Source: Thiotrichaceae bacterium UBA973 (GTDB lineage: Bacteria > Pseudomonadota > Gammaproteobacteria > Eutrophobiales > Eutrophobiaceae). Taken from it: a stretch of 64,000 nucleotides of DNA. The notes beneath the pieces are model-generated. The model made no database searches and had not been told where the DNA came from. It saw only the letters and a program-made list of their open reading frames with translations. This document shows, piece after piece, positions 49,286-58,485 of this stretch. The position numbers and the translations under genes are program-made. The DNA is taken from NCBI GenBank assembly GCA_002292815.1, contig DBBX01000010.1, positions 21,838 through 85,837 of the forward strand, given 5' to 3'. Every line of letters starts with the position of its first letter. Position 1 is the stretch's first letter.

Positions 49286-49855
49286 ATGGCGACTTATAGC
49301 ACAAACGAATTCAAATCAGGTCTTAAAATAATGATTGAAAACGATCCATGCTCAATCATTGAGAATGAGTTTGTTAAACCGGGCAAAGGCCAGGCCTTTA
49401 ACCGGGTTAAGATGCGCAATTTGAAGACAGGCCGAGTGCTTGAGAAGACCTATAAGTCTGGTGAATCTGTCGAAGGTGCCGATGTGATTGATCTTGATCT
49501 GCAATATCTCTACAACGATGGTGAGATGTGGCATTTCATGAATAAAGACACTTATGAACAGTGTGAAGCCGACGCCAATGCTGTAGGTGACGCTAAACAG
49601 TGGATTAAAGGAGAGGAAATGTGTCTAGTCACCTTGTGGAATGACGCCCCATTGTCAGTTGCAGCACCAAATTTTGTTGTATTACAGGTGACAGATACGG
49701 ATCCAGGTCTAAAAGGTGATACCGCACAGGGTGGTTCAAAACCAGCAACGCTCGAGACCGGTGCTATCGTGAAGGTCCCGCTGTTTGTCGAAAATGAAGA
49801 CCTACTCAAGATTGATACCCGAACCGGTGAGTATGTTAGCCGCGCTAAAGAGTAA
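49286..49855 (+). CDS. efp: Elongation factor P
   Basis: [10 protein letters not shown] (modified Lys), TDPG.KGDTA.GG.KPA.LETG, DTRTGEY.SR; SD GAGG before ATG 49286. Confidence 0.97.
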   Translation: MATYSTNEFKSGLKIMIENDPCSIIENEFVKPGKGQAFNRVKMRNLKTGRVLEKTYKSGESVEGADVIDLDLQYLYNDGEMWHFMNKDTYEQCEADANAVGDAKQWIKGEEMCLVTLWNDAPLSVAAPNFVVLQVTDTDPGLKGDTAQGGSKPATLETGAIVKVPLFVENEDLLKIDTRTGEYVSRAKE

Positions 49856-49915
49856 ACAACGTCGTTTCTATGGTAAGACATAAGCAAGTGCTAGTTTTGA
49901 ATATTGTAGATACGT

Positions 49916-50872
49916 ATGACGTCAGATAATTTATGGCAAGCTAGTGCTAGTTCAGAAGTAATAATAAAACGAGCTTGTTTATTGCGGCAGGTCCGGGATT
50001 TCATGCTGAAACGTGAGATTCTTGAAGTCGATACCCCCAGCCTTAGTCATTTTGGTATCAGTGACCCCTATATTCAGAGTATGACGACTTCGTGCGCTTC
50101 TGATAAAGAAGAAATACTTTATTTACATACCTCACCTGAATTTTGTATGAAGCGTTTACTCGCCTCTGGTTTGGGTTCTATTTACCAAATCGCGCATGTA
50201 TTTCGTAATGAAGAATCAGGAAAACGGCATAACACAGAGTTCTCTATGCTTGAGTGGTATCGGACAGGTTTTGATTATTATCAACTCATGGATGAAGTGG
50301 GTGAATTGTTACTCGAAATTGGCCTGCAAGCACCAGATAAGATGACCTATGCAGAGGCATTTGAGCAAACTATACAAGTCGATCCTCACAAGATTGATAG
50401 CAGGGAATTACAGAAGCTTTGTAAACAACATGGTTGGGATGCCTCATTGGATGATCGGCATGCTTTACTCGACTTTTTATTCTCTGAGGTCGTTATAAAG
50501 ACCCTGAATTGTGCCAAACCACTTATTATTTATGACTACCCTGAGTGTATGTCGGCTTTGGCAACGCTAAAATTGAGTGATCCCATTGTTAGTGAGCGTT
50601 TTGAGTTATTTATCGCGGGGATGGAGATTGCCAATGGCTTTAATGAATTAAGTGATGCTAATGAACAGTTACAACGGTTTGAAAAAGAGTTAGCGACACG
50701 AAGAAGCCTGGGCTTGGCAGAAGCACCAATAGATAAACGTTTTCTAGCGGCACTTGAAGCGGGTTTACCTGAATGTGCAGGTGTTGCCATCGGGATTGAA
50801 CGGTTATTGATGGTTTTATCTGAAAAAGATGATATAAATGCAGTAAGTACGTTCACCTTGGGAACAAATTAG
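49916..50872 (+). CDS. epmA: EF-P lysine--(R)-beta-lysine ligase EpmA
   Basis: YL.TSPEF.MKRLLA, FRNEE.G..HN.EF.MLEWYR, ERFELF..G.E.ANGF.EL, G.P...GVA.G..RL. Confidence 0.95.
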   Translation: MTSDNLWQASASSEVIIKRACLLRQVRDFMLKREILEVDTPSLSHFGISDPYIQSMTTSCASDKEEILYLHTSPEFCMKRLLASGLGSIYQIAHVFRNEESGKRHNTEFSMLEWYRTGFDYYQLMDEVGELLLEIGLQAPDKMTYAEAFEQTIQVDPHKIDSRELQKLCKQHGWDASLDDRHALLDFLFSEVVIKTLNCAKPLIIYDYPECMSALATLKLSDPIVSERFELFIAGMEIANGFNELSDANEQLQRFEKELATRRSLGLAEAPIDKRFLAALEAGLPECAGVAIGIERLLMVLSEKDDINAVSTFTLGTN

Positions 50873-50875
50873 TTT

Positions 50876-51163
50876 GTGGGTGTTAATTCAGTTAACAAGT
50901 TAATCATTGAGCCCCGTCTTATTGCTAAAGAATATCGGCTAGCTGCCGATAAAACGCTCCCGGCCACTCCTGAAATCGCAATTAACGATGCTATTTCGAT
51001 GCTTGAATTGACAGCAAACGATGAGAATAAGCCTGGCTATGATGCAATCTATAAGATTGGCGAAGACCATTTAAAGATTCAAAAAAAGGGTAGGGTAATT
51101 TTCAACGAAAGGGGACAAGGACATCGCCTCGGGTAAATTAACACTGAGCAGGATCTGGTTTAG
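50876..51163 (+). pseudogene. Truncated conserved hypothetical gene (premature stop at 51134)
   Basis: VNKLI.E.R.IA.EYR....K.LP...EIA.NDA...L.L, GYDA, IQ.KGRVIF...GHRLG*INTEQD. The reading continues with family-like residues past TAA (probably CAA originally), then breaks down. Confidence 0.6.
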
Positions 51164-51264
51164 TAAAAAGACACTATTCAAATATCGTTGTTTACGATAA
51201 TTTATTTTCATCTCACACATCATTCTCTTTGGCTTCTATTAATATTCGATCTATATACTAAATT

Positions 51265-53169
51265 ATGAAAACAGTTAAAGAGGTTTTTTCTGATGGCGGC
51301 GCACTAACAAATCTGATTGATGATTATCGGCATCGACCTGAACAAGAAGATATGGCGCATAAGATATTCTCAGCAATATCGGAAGGTCAAAACCTGGTGT
51401 GTGAAGCAGGGACAGGGACTGGTAAAACGGTGGCGTATTTAGTGCCCGCCTTGTTATCCAAACAAAAAGTAATTGTTTCTACAGGCACTCGCCATTTACA
51501 GGATCAACTATATCAAAAAGATCTGCCACTAGTGCTTGAAGCACTCTCATCTCCAGCAACAACCATGGTATTAAAAGGCCGTTCAAATTATCTCTGTCTA
51601 CAGCATATGGATATTGCGATTAATGATACTAAGGATTTGAATTATCAAAACATGTCAGACCTGCAAGAGGTGGTGCAATGGTCTTCTTCAACCAAGACAG
51701 GCGATATCAATGAGTTGGGAATGATTGAAGAAAACTCAGTGATTCGCGCCAGGATTACCTCAACAACAGAAAATTGTCTCGGTCAATCGTGCCCAAGCTT
51801 TGACGATTGCTTTGTCTTTAAAAACAGAAAGGCTGCACTGGAGTCAGACCTGGTGATTACCAATCATCATCTATTGTTGTCTGACATGAGTTTGCGAGAA
51901 AAAGGCTTTGGTGAAGTATTACCTCTAGCGGATGTGATTATATTTGATGAAGCACATCAATTGCCTGAGCTGGCATCGACATATTTCAGTCAAACGATGA
52001 GCACCCGTCAGTTGTTGGAATTGATCACTGATATAAGAACGGCCGATCATGAAGAAGCTGGTGATTTAGAACAATTAGCCGGGGCATTAGCGATATTTGA
52101 AAAGTTAATTCGTGATGTACGATTGGTGTTTGGAAGAGAAGATCAGCGACTAAACTGGTTAGAGGTATGGGAGAAGTCGTTACTATCAACCGTGCTTCCC
52201 AAAATGTTAGCCGCCTTTCAAGGCATTATCGATATACTTGAAACAGCCAGTGGACGTGGGAAGTTATTGGATAACTGCTGGCAACGTGCAAAGGCGCATT
52301 ATAATTACATCGATATTTATATCGAAACGAAAAACGAAGATTCAATCCGTTGGGTAGAAATACGAGGACATCACCTCTATTTAAATCAAACGCCGGTTAA
52401 TATCTCTGAAACATTTCAGCAACGGCTTAGCGAATATAATGCGACGAGTATATTTACCTCGGCGAGTCTGGCTATCAATGATGATTTTAATTACTACAGT
52501 CGTCAGCTTGGTCTTGAAGAATGTCAAACACAGGTATGGAATAGTCCTTTCGATTATCAAACACAAACTTGTCTGTATGTGCCGCTTGATTTACCTGAGC
52601 CGAATCAATTTGAATTTTTTGATGCCTTCATAGAAAGAACTATAGAGTTGTTATCGTATAGTGAAGGACATGCCTTTGTTTTGTTTACCAGTCATCAGGC
52701 ATTGAAGAAATCAGCTGATATTTTATCAAAAGAGATTGATTATCCCATTTTTATTCAAGGGCAGGCACCACGATCAGAGTTGTTAAATCAGTTTCGACAC
52801 ACAAAACATGCTGTGTTGCTGGGTACTAGTAGCTTTTGGGAAGGGGTTGATGTGAAGGGTGATGCTTTGTCATTAGTTATTATTGATAAGTTGCCGTTTG
52901 CCAGTCCGGATGACCCCGTCCTACAAGCGCGTTTGAATCACTTTAGTAAACAAGGCAGCAATCCGTTTATGGATCATCAAGTTCCCCAGGCGGCTATCAG
53001 TTTAAAACAAGGCGTGGGGCGCTTGATACGCGATGTAACTGATCGAGGTGTATGTGTTATCTGTGATAAACGAGTTATAAGAAAGGCCTATGGCAAGCGA
53101 ATAATTAAAGCATTACCGCCGATGCCGATCACTCATGAACTAGAAGATGTTAAAGACTTTTTTAATTAG
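51265..53169 (+). CDS. yoaA: ATP-dependent DNA helicase, DinG/YoaA family (Fe-S)
   Basis: EAGTGTGKT, KGRSNYLC, NCLG..CP....CF, DEAH, SFWEGVDV.G, DKLPF.SP, QG.GRLIR. Confidence 0.92.
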   Translation: MKTVKEVFSDGGALTNLIDDYRHRPEQEDMAHKIFSAISEGQNLVCEAGTGTGKTVAYLVPALLSKQKVIVSTGTRHLQDQLYQKDLPLVLEALSSPATTMVLKGRSNYLCLQHMDIAINDTKDLNYQNMSDLQEVVQWSSSTKTGDINELGMIEENSVIRARITSTTENCLGQSCPSFDDCFVFKNRKAALESDLVITNHHLLLSDMSLREKGFGEVLPLADVIIFDEAHQLPELASTYFSQTMSTRQLLELITDIRTADHEEAGDLEQLAGALAIFEKLIRDVRLVFGREDQRLNWLEVWEKSLLSTVLPKMLAAFQGIIDILETASGRGKLLDNCWQRAKAHYNYIDIYIETKNEDSIRWVEIRGHHLYLNQTPVNISETFQQRLSEYNATSIFTSASLAINDDFNYYSRQLGLEECQTQVWNSPFDYQTQTCLYVPLDLPEPNQFEFFDAFIERTIELLSYSEGHAFVLFTSHQALKKSADILSKEIDYPIFIQGQAPRSELLNQFRHTKHAVLLGTSSFWEGVDVKGDALSLVIIDKLPFASPDDPVLQARLNHFSKQGSNPFMDHQVPQAAISLKQGVGRLIRDVTDRGVCVICDKRVIRKAYGKRIIKALPPMPITHELEDVKDFFN

Positions 53170-53828
53170 TTTTTCATTACCAAGGTGATCCCGTCCGCCA
53201 CGGGTAACATGCTTATTAATACGCGATTATCATTTTTCACATGTTCATTAAATTTGCGTATGCCAACGGTGTCATCATCCTGAATACTTTCGTCAGCAGG
53301 ATTTCCCGACCATAAAACATTGTCTACAAGGATTACACCGCCCGGTCTGATAAGCTGCAAAGCCCGTTCGTAGTAATCGATATATTCAGGTTTATGTGCA
53401 TCAATAAAGACAAAGTCATAAGATTCGCTTTTATTCTCTTCTATTAATTTGTCCAGGGTTTTAATTGCTTGCCCTATGTGTAGATCAATTTTTTCAGCTA
53501 CATTTGCTCTGCTCCAGTATTTTTTCGCAATTGCAGTTACTTCCGGGTCACTATCGCAAGCATCTAAATGACCATCGACAGGTAAGGACATCGCTATAAC
53601 AAGGCTGCTATACCCGGTAAATACACCGATCTCTAATGCATTTTTGACATGTAATAATTTGATTAGAAATGATATGAATTGACCTTGTTCAGGAGCGATT
53701 TGCATCCTCGCCATGGGGTGTTTTGCTGTTTCTGCACGACATTCTTGAAGTATTTTTGATTCTCGTAATGAAACTGACAAGAGATAATTATAAACTTGTT
53801 CGTCGAGCTGTATGCTTTTTCTACTCAT
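53166..53828 (-). CDS. SAM-dependent O-methyltransferase (caffeoyl-CoA OMT family)
   Basis: MQI.PEQGQF, LEIGVFTGYSSL, D.VFIDA.K..Y, DNVLW.G, LP.ADG.TL. Confidence 0.92.
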   Translation of the reverse strand: MSRKSIQLDEQVYNYLLSVSLRESKILQECRAETAKHPMARMQIAPEQGQFISFLIKLLHVKNALEIGVFTGYSSLVIAMSLPVDGHLDACDSDPEVTAIAKKYWSRANVAEKIDLHIGQAIKTLDKLIEENKSESYDFVFIDAHKPEYIDYYERALQLIRPGGVILVDNVLWSGNPADESIQDDDTVGIRKFNEHVKNDNRVLISMLPVADGITLVMKN

Positions 53829-53864
53829 AAGGTGCTAGCCTAATAAAATTAGATAAAGAATATC

Positions 53865-54665
53865 ATGATTGAGACTTTTGAAACGATAACTAAGCGAGAG
53901 ACTAAGGTGCCTGACAACATTAATATTATTCAGATCACTGATACACACATACTCGATGACGGCGCACCATCATTTAATGATTATGATACCTCCGCTAGTT
54001 TGATGCGTGTCATAGATAAAATCATAGCGTCTGAGTCGGATGCGGATTTAATCTTGTTAACGGGTGATTTGGTTCATGAACCCACGCAGACATCTTATCA
54101 AAAGTTGGCCGATCATTTATCCGTCCTGACAACGCCTATTCTTAGCTTGCCCGGTAATCACGATGCCCCGGAATTAATGAGATATGTCATGGGTGCTAAT
54201 GGCCATGACACGGGCAATCTAATTCAATTCGATAATTGGCTAATCATACTGTTAGATACCTGTGTTCGAGGTGAGCATAGCGGTGAATTATCTGTTACTG
54301 AATTAGCGTTTTTACAAGCAAGTCTTGAAGCGAATCCAGACTTGCATTGTCTGATAGCACTACATCATCACCCCGTCTCGATAAATAGTAGCTGGATGGA
54401 TGCAATGTCTTTGCTTAACGCAAAAGAATTTTTAGATATTGTCGATGAGTTTAAACAAGTGCAAGCAATTATCTGGGGACATATCCATCAGGAATTTGAA
54501 GACGAAAGGGCTGAAGTAAGATTGCTTGGTTCACCGTCGACCTGTTTGCAATTCAAACCCGGTAGTTCAGAGTTTGCTGTTGACAATAAAACACCAGCCT
54601 ATAGGAAGTTGACGCTTAAAAACAATGGCTCGATCAATTCAAACGTTATTTATGTGAGCAAATAA
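53865..54665 (+). CDS. cpdA: 3',5'-cyclic AMP phosphodiesterase
   Basis: QITDTH, TGDL, PGNHD, HHHP....S.W.D, WGHIHQE, PSTC.QF.P; alternative GTG start at 53907. Confidence 0.9.
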   Translation: MIETFETITKRETKVPDNINIIQITDTHILDDGAPSFNDYDTSASLMRVIDKIIASESDADLILLTGDLVHEPTQTSYQKLADHLSVLTTPILSLPGNHDAPELMRYVMGANGHDTGNLIQFDNWLIILLDTCVRGEHSGELSVTELAFLQASLEANPDLHCLIALHHHPVSINSSWMDAMSLLNAKEFLDIVDEFKQVQAIIWGHIHQEFEDERAEVRLLGSPSTCLQFKPGSSEFAVDNKTPAYRKLTLKNNGSINSNVIYVSK

Positions 54666-54687
54666 GACCTATAAGAGAAGACCTAAA

Positions 54688-55356
54688 CTATTTACTTGCA
54701 ACTTTGTTCCTCAAGTATACTGGCATAGCTTTTTCGACGGGAATCGCCTTGCCTTCAAGATAAGCGGGTTTTGCTAAGGAAATAATATCCATCGCTGAAG
54801 GGAATACCTCTCCGTTGAAACCGATCAAGCTTTGTTCGAACTGTGATTGAAGTGTTTCAGCATAGGTATTCCATCCCGAACCAGCTCCGAACCAATCACC
54901 AGTGGATGGCCTAGAAATTTCATTTGCTGAACATACCTTTTCTTCGGCTATTTTCTGCATCAAGCCCAAATCATTCTTTTTGAAAAGCCCCCAGTAAATC
55001 TCTTGCATGCGTGCATCAATAGCTGCTGCAACGTGACTGTGTTCGTCTGCATAATGTTGAGCCAGGGCATTTAATGATGAAATGGGGATGACGGGTGTGT
55101 CGTGTGCAAAAGCCAGTCCTTGAATGACACCAACAGCAATACGCACACCGGTAAATGCGCCCGGACCTTGACCAAAAGCAATGGCATCAAGGTCTTTGAT
55201 TTGTATATCTGCCTCGCGAAGTAGTTCGTCGATCATTGGCAGGATTAATTCTGTATGACGTCTTGGGGAGACTTGATAGCGATGACTGCAACTATCATCG
55301 ATATCAAGTGCCGCAGAGCATGCCTCTGTGGCTGTTTCAATTGCTAATATTTTCAT
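54688..55356 (-). CDS. tsaB: tRNA threonylcarbamoyladenosine biosynthesis protein TsaB
   Basis: ILAIETATEACS.AL, H...ILPMI, G.GPGAFTGVRI, IDARM.E.Y, P.YLR.KV. Confidence 0.95.
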   Translation of the reverse strand: MKILAIETATEACSAALDIDDSCSHRYQVSPRRHTELILPMIDELLREADIQIKDLDAIAFGQGPGAFTGVRIAVGVIQGLAFAHDTPVIPISSLNALAQHYADEHSHVAAAIDARMQEIYWGLFKKNDLGLMQKIAEEKVCSANEISRPSTGDWFGAGSGWNTYAETLQSQFEQSLIGFNGEVFPSAMDIISLAKPAYLEGKAIPVEKAMPVYLRNKVASK

Positions 55357-55481
55357 TATTATTTTCTAGAAAATCCATCTAATAGTCATTTATTTTTTTG
55401 TTTAAAAATACAGGGTGATCTGACTAGGATCAATTAATAATTTTCTGAATTGGGATATCAGACGCTTAAAAAGATCTGATT

Positions 55482-55503
55482 AACGCTACTGATTAAAAGC
55501 GTT
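55482..55503. repeat. Short GCT-N10-AGC palindrome (same pattern as 47611-47729)
   Basis: AACGCT-actgattaaa-AGCGTT: perfect 6-bp stem; the 10-nt loop starts ACTGA like the 47705 copy. Confidence 0.45.
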
Positions 55504-55947
55504 TTTATATTCGGAAGTTTATCACTAAATGTAGTTGTTTCAGTAGACAAAGCTGTGTTATGCCTAGTAATTAATGATATATAACAAGAGATTACATCGT
55601 TACAGTTAAAACACGTGACTTTGGGTCGAGAACAGCTATAACAGATAGATGCTTTTATGATTATAGTCAGGTTAAACAGAAGAACTTTGAAAGGAAATAT
55701 GGATTTATTAAACGTGATTGAAACTCAAGCTCACAATATTGCGGCAAGTGATGAGGCCCTTTTGTAAATGTATGGTTTCAGTTAGCTGAGCCTGAAGAAT
55801 GTATAAAACCTATGAACTTAAAGAAGAAAGAAGTTCTGCTGTTCTTCTGCTGAAAGGAGAAGAAATAATATATAAATCCGCATAGATGTTTACGGTTTAA
55901 ATTAATTTAGTTTCAAGCATCGGCCAAGCACTCTATAATCCGATTCC

Positions 55948-57192
55948 ATGTTGAATTCATTTGAAGTCCTGATTGGCTTGCGCTATGTCCGTGCCCGACG
56001 TCGCAACCATTTCATCTCCTTTATCTCCTTAACCTCGATGCTTGGCGTTGGTTTAGGCGTAATGGCATTAATTACAGTTCTATCTGTGATGAATGGCTTT
56101 GAAAAAGAATTAAAAGAACGCATTTTAGGCATGGCTTCACATGCTACCGTTATTGAAGACGGCAATGTCTTGAATAATTGGCAACCAATAGCAGAAGAGG
56201 TAATGCATCACCCGGATATTATTGGTGTAGCGCCTTACTTCCATGCGGAAGGTATGTTAGTCAAAGATAAAAGTGTTAATGGCACGATTATCAGGGGAAT
56301 TTTGCCCGCCGAAGAACCTAAAGTTTCAACAGTAACGGAAACCATGATTCTCGGTGATGTTAATGAACTTAAAGCCGGTGAATTTAATATTGTCTTGGGT
56401 AAAGAACTCGCACGAAAACTAGGCGTAGGGATCGGCGATAAAGTGACCCTGGTTGCGCCGCAGGCGAATGTTACACCTGCAGGTATTTTGCCAAGACTTA
56501 AACGATTTACCTTGGTCGGTATATTTCAAGTCGGCATGCATGAATTTGATAGCGCCTTGGCCCTGATTCATATGGAAGATGCCTTTCGTTTGTTTAGAAA
56601 ATCAGCACCAACTGGTCTACGCTTGAAAACAAACAATATTCTAAAAGCGCCGATAATTAGTCGTGAGATTGTTGCTCAGTTACCCGGCAGATATTGGGTG
56701 GTCGACTGGACACAGCGACACGCTAATTTTTTCCGGGCATTAAAAACTGAAAAAACGGTCATGTTTGTCATATTGCTACTGATTGTTGCAGTGGCAGCAT
56801 TTAATATCATTTCCACATTGGTGATGATGGTCTCTGACAAACAAGCCGACATCGCTGTGTTGCGAACACTAGGAGCCAGTCCTGGAAGCATATTAAAGAT
56901 ATTTATGATTCAAGGGACCATCATTGGTGTTGTCGGTATTGCCATTGGTGTTATTGGTGGTGTCTGGTTGGCTTCTAATGTAGAGACAATCGTGCCGGCG
57001 ATAGAATCAATGATAGGTCAAAAATTCTTGTCAGCAGATGTTTATTATATAAGCGATCTGCCCTCAGACATGCATTGGAATGATGTCATTACCATTAGTG
57101 TTGTTGCGTTTGTGCTCTGTTTGTTAGCCACGATCTATCCTGCATTGCGTGCAGCGAAGACACAACCTGCGGAGGCATTACGTTATGAGTGA
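55948..57192 (+). CDS. Lipoprotein-releasing ABC transporter permease (LolC/E family)
   Basis: [51 protein letters not shown]. Confidence 0.95.
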   Translation: MLNSFEVLIGLRYVRARRRNHFISFISLTSMLGVGLGVMALITVLSVMNGFEKELKERILGMASHATVIEDGNVLNNWQPIAEEVMHHPDIIGVAPYFHAEGMLVKDKSVNGTIIRGILPAEEPKVSTVTETMILGDVNELKAGEFNIVLGKELARKLGVGIGDKVTLVAPQANVTPAGILPRLKRFTLVGIFQVGMHEFDSALALIHMEDAFRLFRKSAPTGLRLKTNNILKAPIISREIVAQLPGRYWVVDWTQRHANFFRALKTEKTVMFVILLLIVAVAAFNIISTLVMMVSDKQADIAVLRTLGASPGSILKIFMIQGTIIGVVGIAIGVIGGVWLASNVETIVPAIESMIGQKFLSADVYYISDLPSDMHWNDVITISVVAFVLCLLATIYPALRAAKTQPAEALRYE

Positions 57193-57862
57193 TGCTCTAA
57201 TCGAAACACGAAAACTTACTAAATGTTTTAGTGATGGCCAACTTCGCGTGGAAGTTTTGAAAGGTGTTGATTTCAGCATTAAGTCAAACCAGAGTGTTGC
57301 GATTATTGGCACCTCAGGATCTGGTAAAAGTACTCTACTACATTTGCTGGGCGGTCTTGATATACCTGATAAGGGTGAAGTCCTTATTAATGGTAAGGAT
57401 ATGGGGAAACTAAATGATGAGCAACGTGGTGATCTACGTAATAAACATCTTGGTTTTGTTTATCAATTCCATCATCTCTTGCCTGAATTCACCGCGCTTG
57501 AAAATGTTGCTATGCCGCTTTTAATCAGACGTGGCAATAAAAATGAAGCGTTAGATAAAGCTGCCGATTTGTTGAACAGGGTTGGTCTATCGGAACGAGT
57601 GCAACACAAGCCAGGTGAACTGTCCGGAGGTGAACGACAACGCGCTGCGATTGCCAGAGCATTAGTAACAGAGCCGGCCTGTATATTGGCTGATGAGCCA
57701 ACGGGTAACCTAGATGAAAAAACAGCTGATCAAGTTTTTGAATTGATTCTGGAATTAAATCAAAGTTTAGGCACTAGTTTGATTATGGTCACGCATAATA
57801 TGGAGCTTTCACGACGTGTTGATCGCGTATTGGAATTAAAAGAAGGTGTCTTGCAAGCTTGA
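57185..57862 (+). CDS. lolD: Lipoprotein-releasing ABC transporter ATP-binding protein
   Basis: [46 protein letters not shown]; ATG 57185 overlaps the upstream stop. Confidence 0.95.
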   Translation: MSDALIETRKLTKCFSDGQLRVEVLKGVDFSIKSNQSVAIIGTSGSGKSTLLHLLGGLDIPDKGEVLINGKDMGKLNDEQRGDLRNKHLGFVYQFHHLLPEFTALENVAMPLLIRRGNKNEALDKAADLLNRVGLSERVQHKPGELSGGERQRAAIARALVTEPACILADEPTGNLDEKTADQVFELILELNQSLGTSLIMVTHNMELSRRVDRVLELKEGVLQA

Positions 57863-57892
57863 TGTTTTTTATAAGGCGATATTATTATCTAG

Positions 57893-58408
57893 CTATTGAT
57901 TTCGACGTCTGTTTCCCCATTTTTTAACCGCAGTTATTCGCCAAACTAGCCGAATAATGAAATAAGTCAGGAGTGAACTCGTTGCTCCCAATATAAAACA
58001 ACCGAGTGCCAACGGCTCCCAAATAGGTATCAGTGTCGTGCTTATCCATTCCCATGAAAAAGAAAAATCAACATTTCTCTCTTCTAAACCTAATAGCATG
58101 ACGCCTAATTGATAAGCGAAGAAAAATAGTGGCGGAATAGTGAACGGGTTGCTGAAGAATGAAAAAACGACTGCCAAAGGCAGGTTAACTCTAAAAAGAA
58201 TTGCCAATGCGGCTGAACTCAAGGTATGAATTGGTAAGGGAATAAACGCGCAAAACATTCCAATAGCAGCACCACCTGCCGATGAACGACGATGCAAATG
58301 CCAGATATTGGGATCATGCAGGTAGTCAGAAAACAGATGCATTCCCCCATGCTTATGGATGTGCTCCTTCTGCGGCAGATAGCGTTTAAAAAAATTTCGT
58401 AAGCTCAT
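57893..58408 (-). CDS. DUF2062 domain membrane protein
   Basis: L.DP.IWH..RRS...G.A.G.F....P.P, R.NLP.A......NP.T; usual position between lolD and comEC. Confidence 0.88.
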   Translation of the reverse strand: MSLRNFFKRYLPQKEHIHKHGGMHLFSDYLHDPNIWHLHRRSSAGGAAIGMFCAFIPLPIHTLSSAALAILFRVNLPLAVVFSFFSNPFTIPPLFFFAYQLGVMLLGLEERNVDFSFSWEWISTTLIPIWEPLALGCFILGATSSLLTYFIIRLVWRITAVKKWGNRRRNQ

Positions 58409-58485
58409 TTACTCTTAATATTTTTGTATTGCTCAAAAAAAGCGCGCTATTATAGCCTAATAACTATTACAGGGAGTTAATATTT

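Noticed and set aside
55948-57862. Single lolC/E gene instead of lolC-lolD-lolE
   Set aside because: A single homodimeric permease is common outside enterobacteria and related orders.
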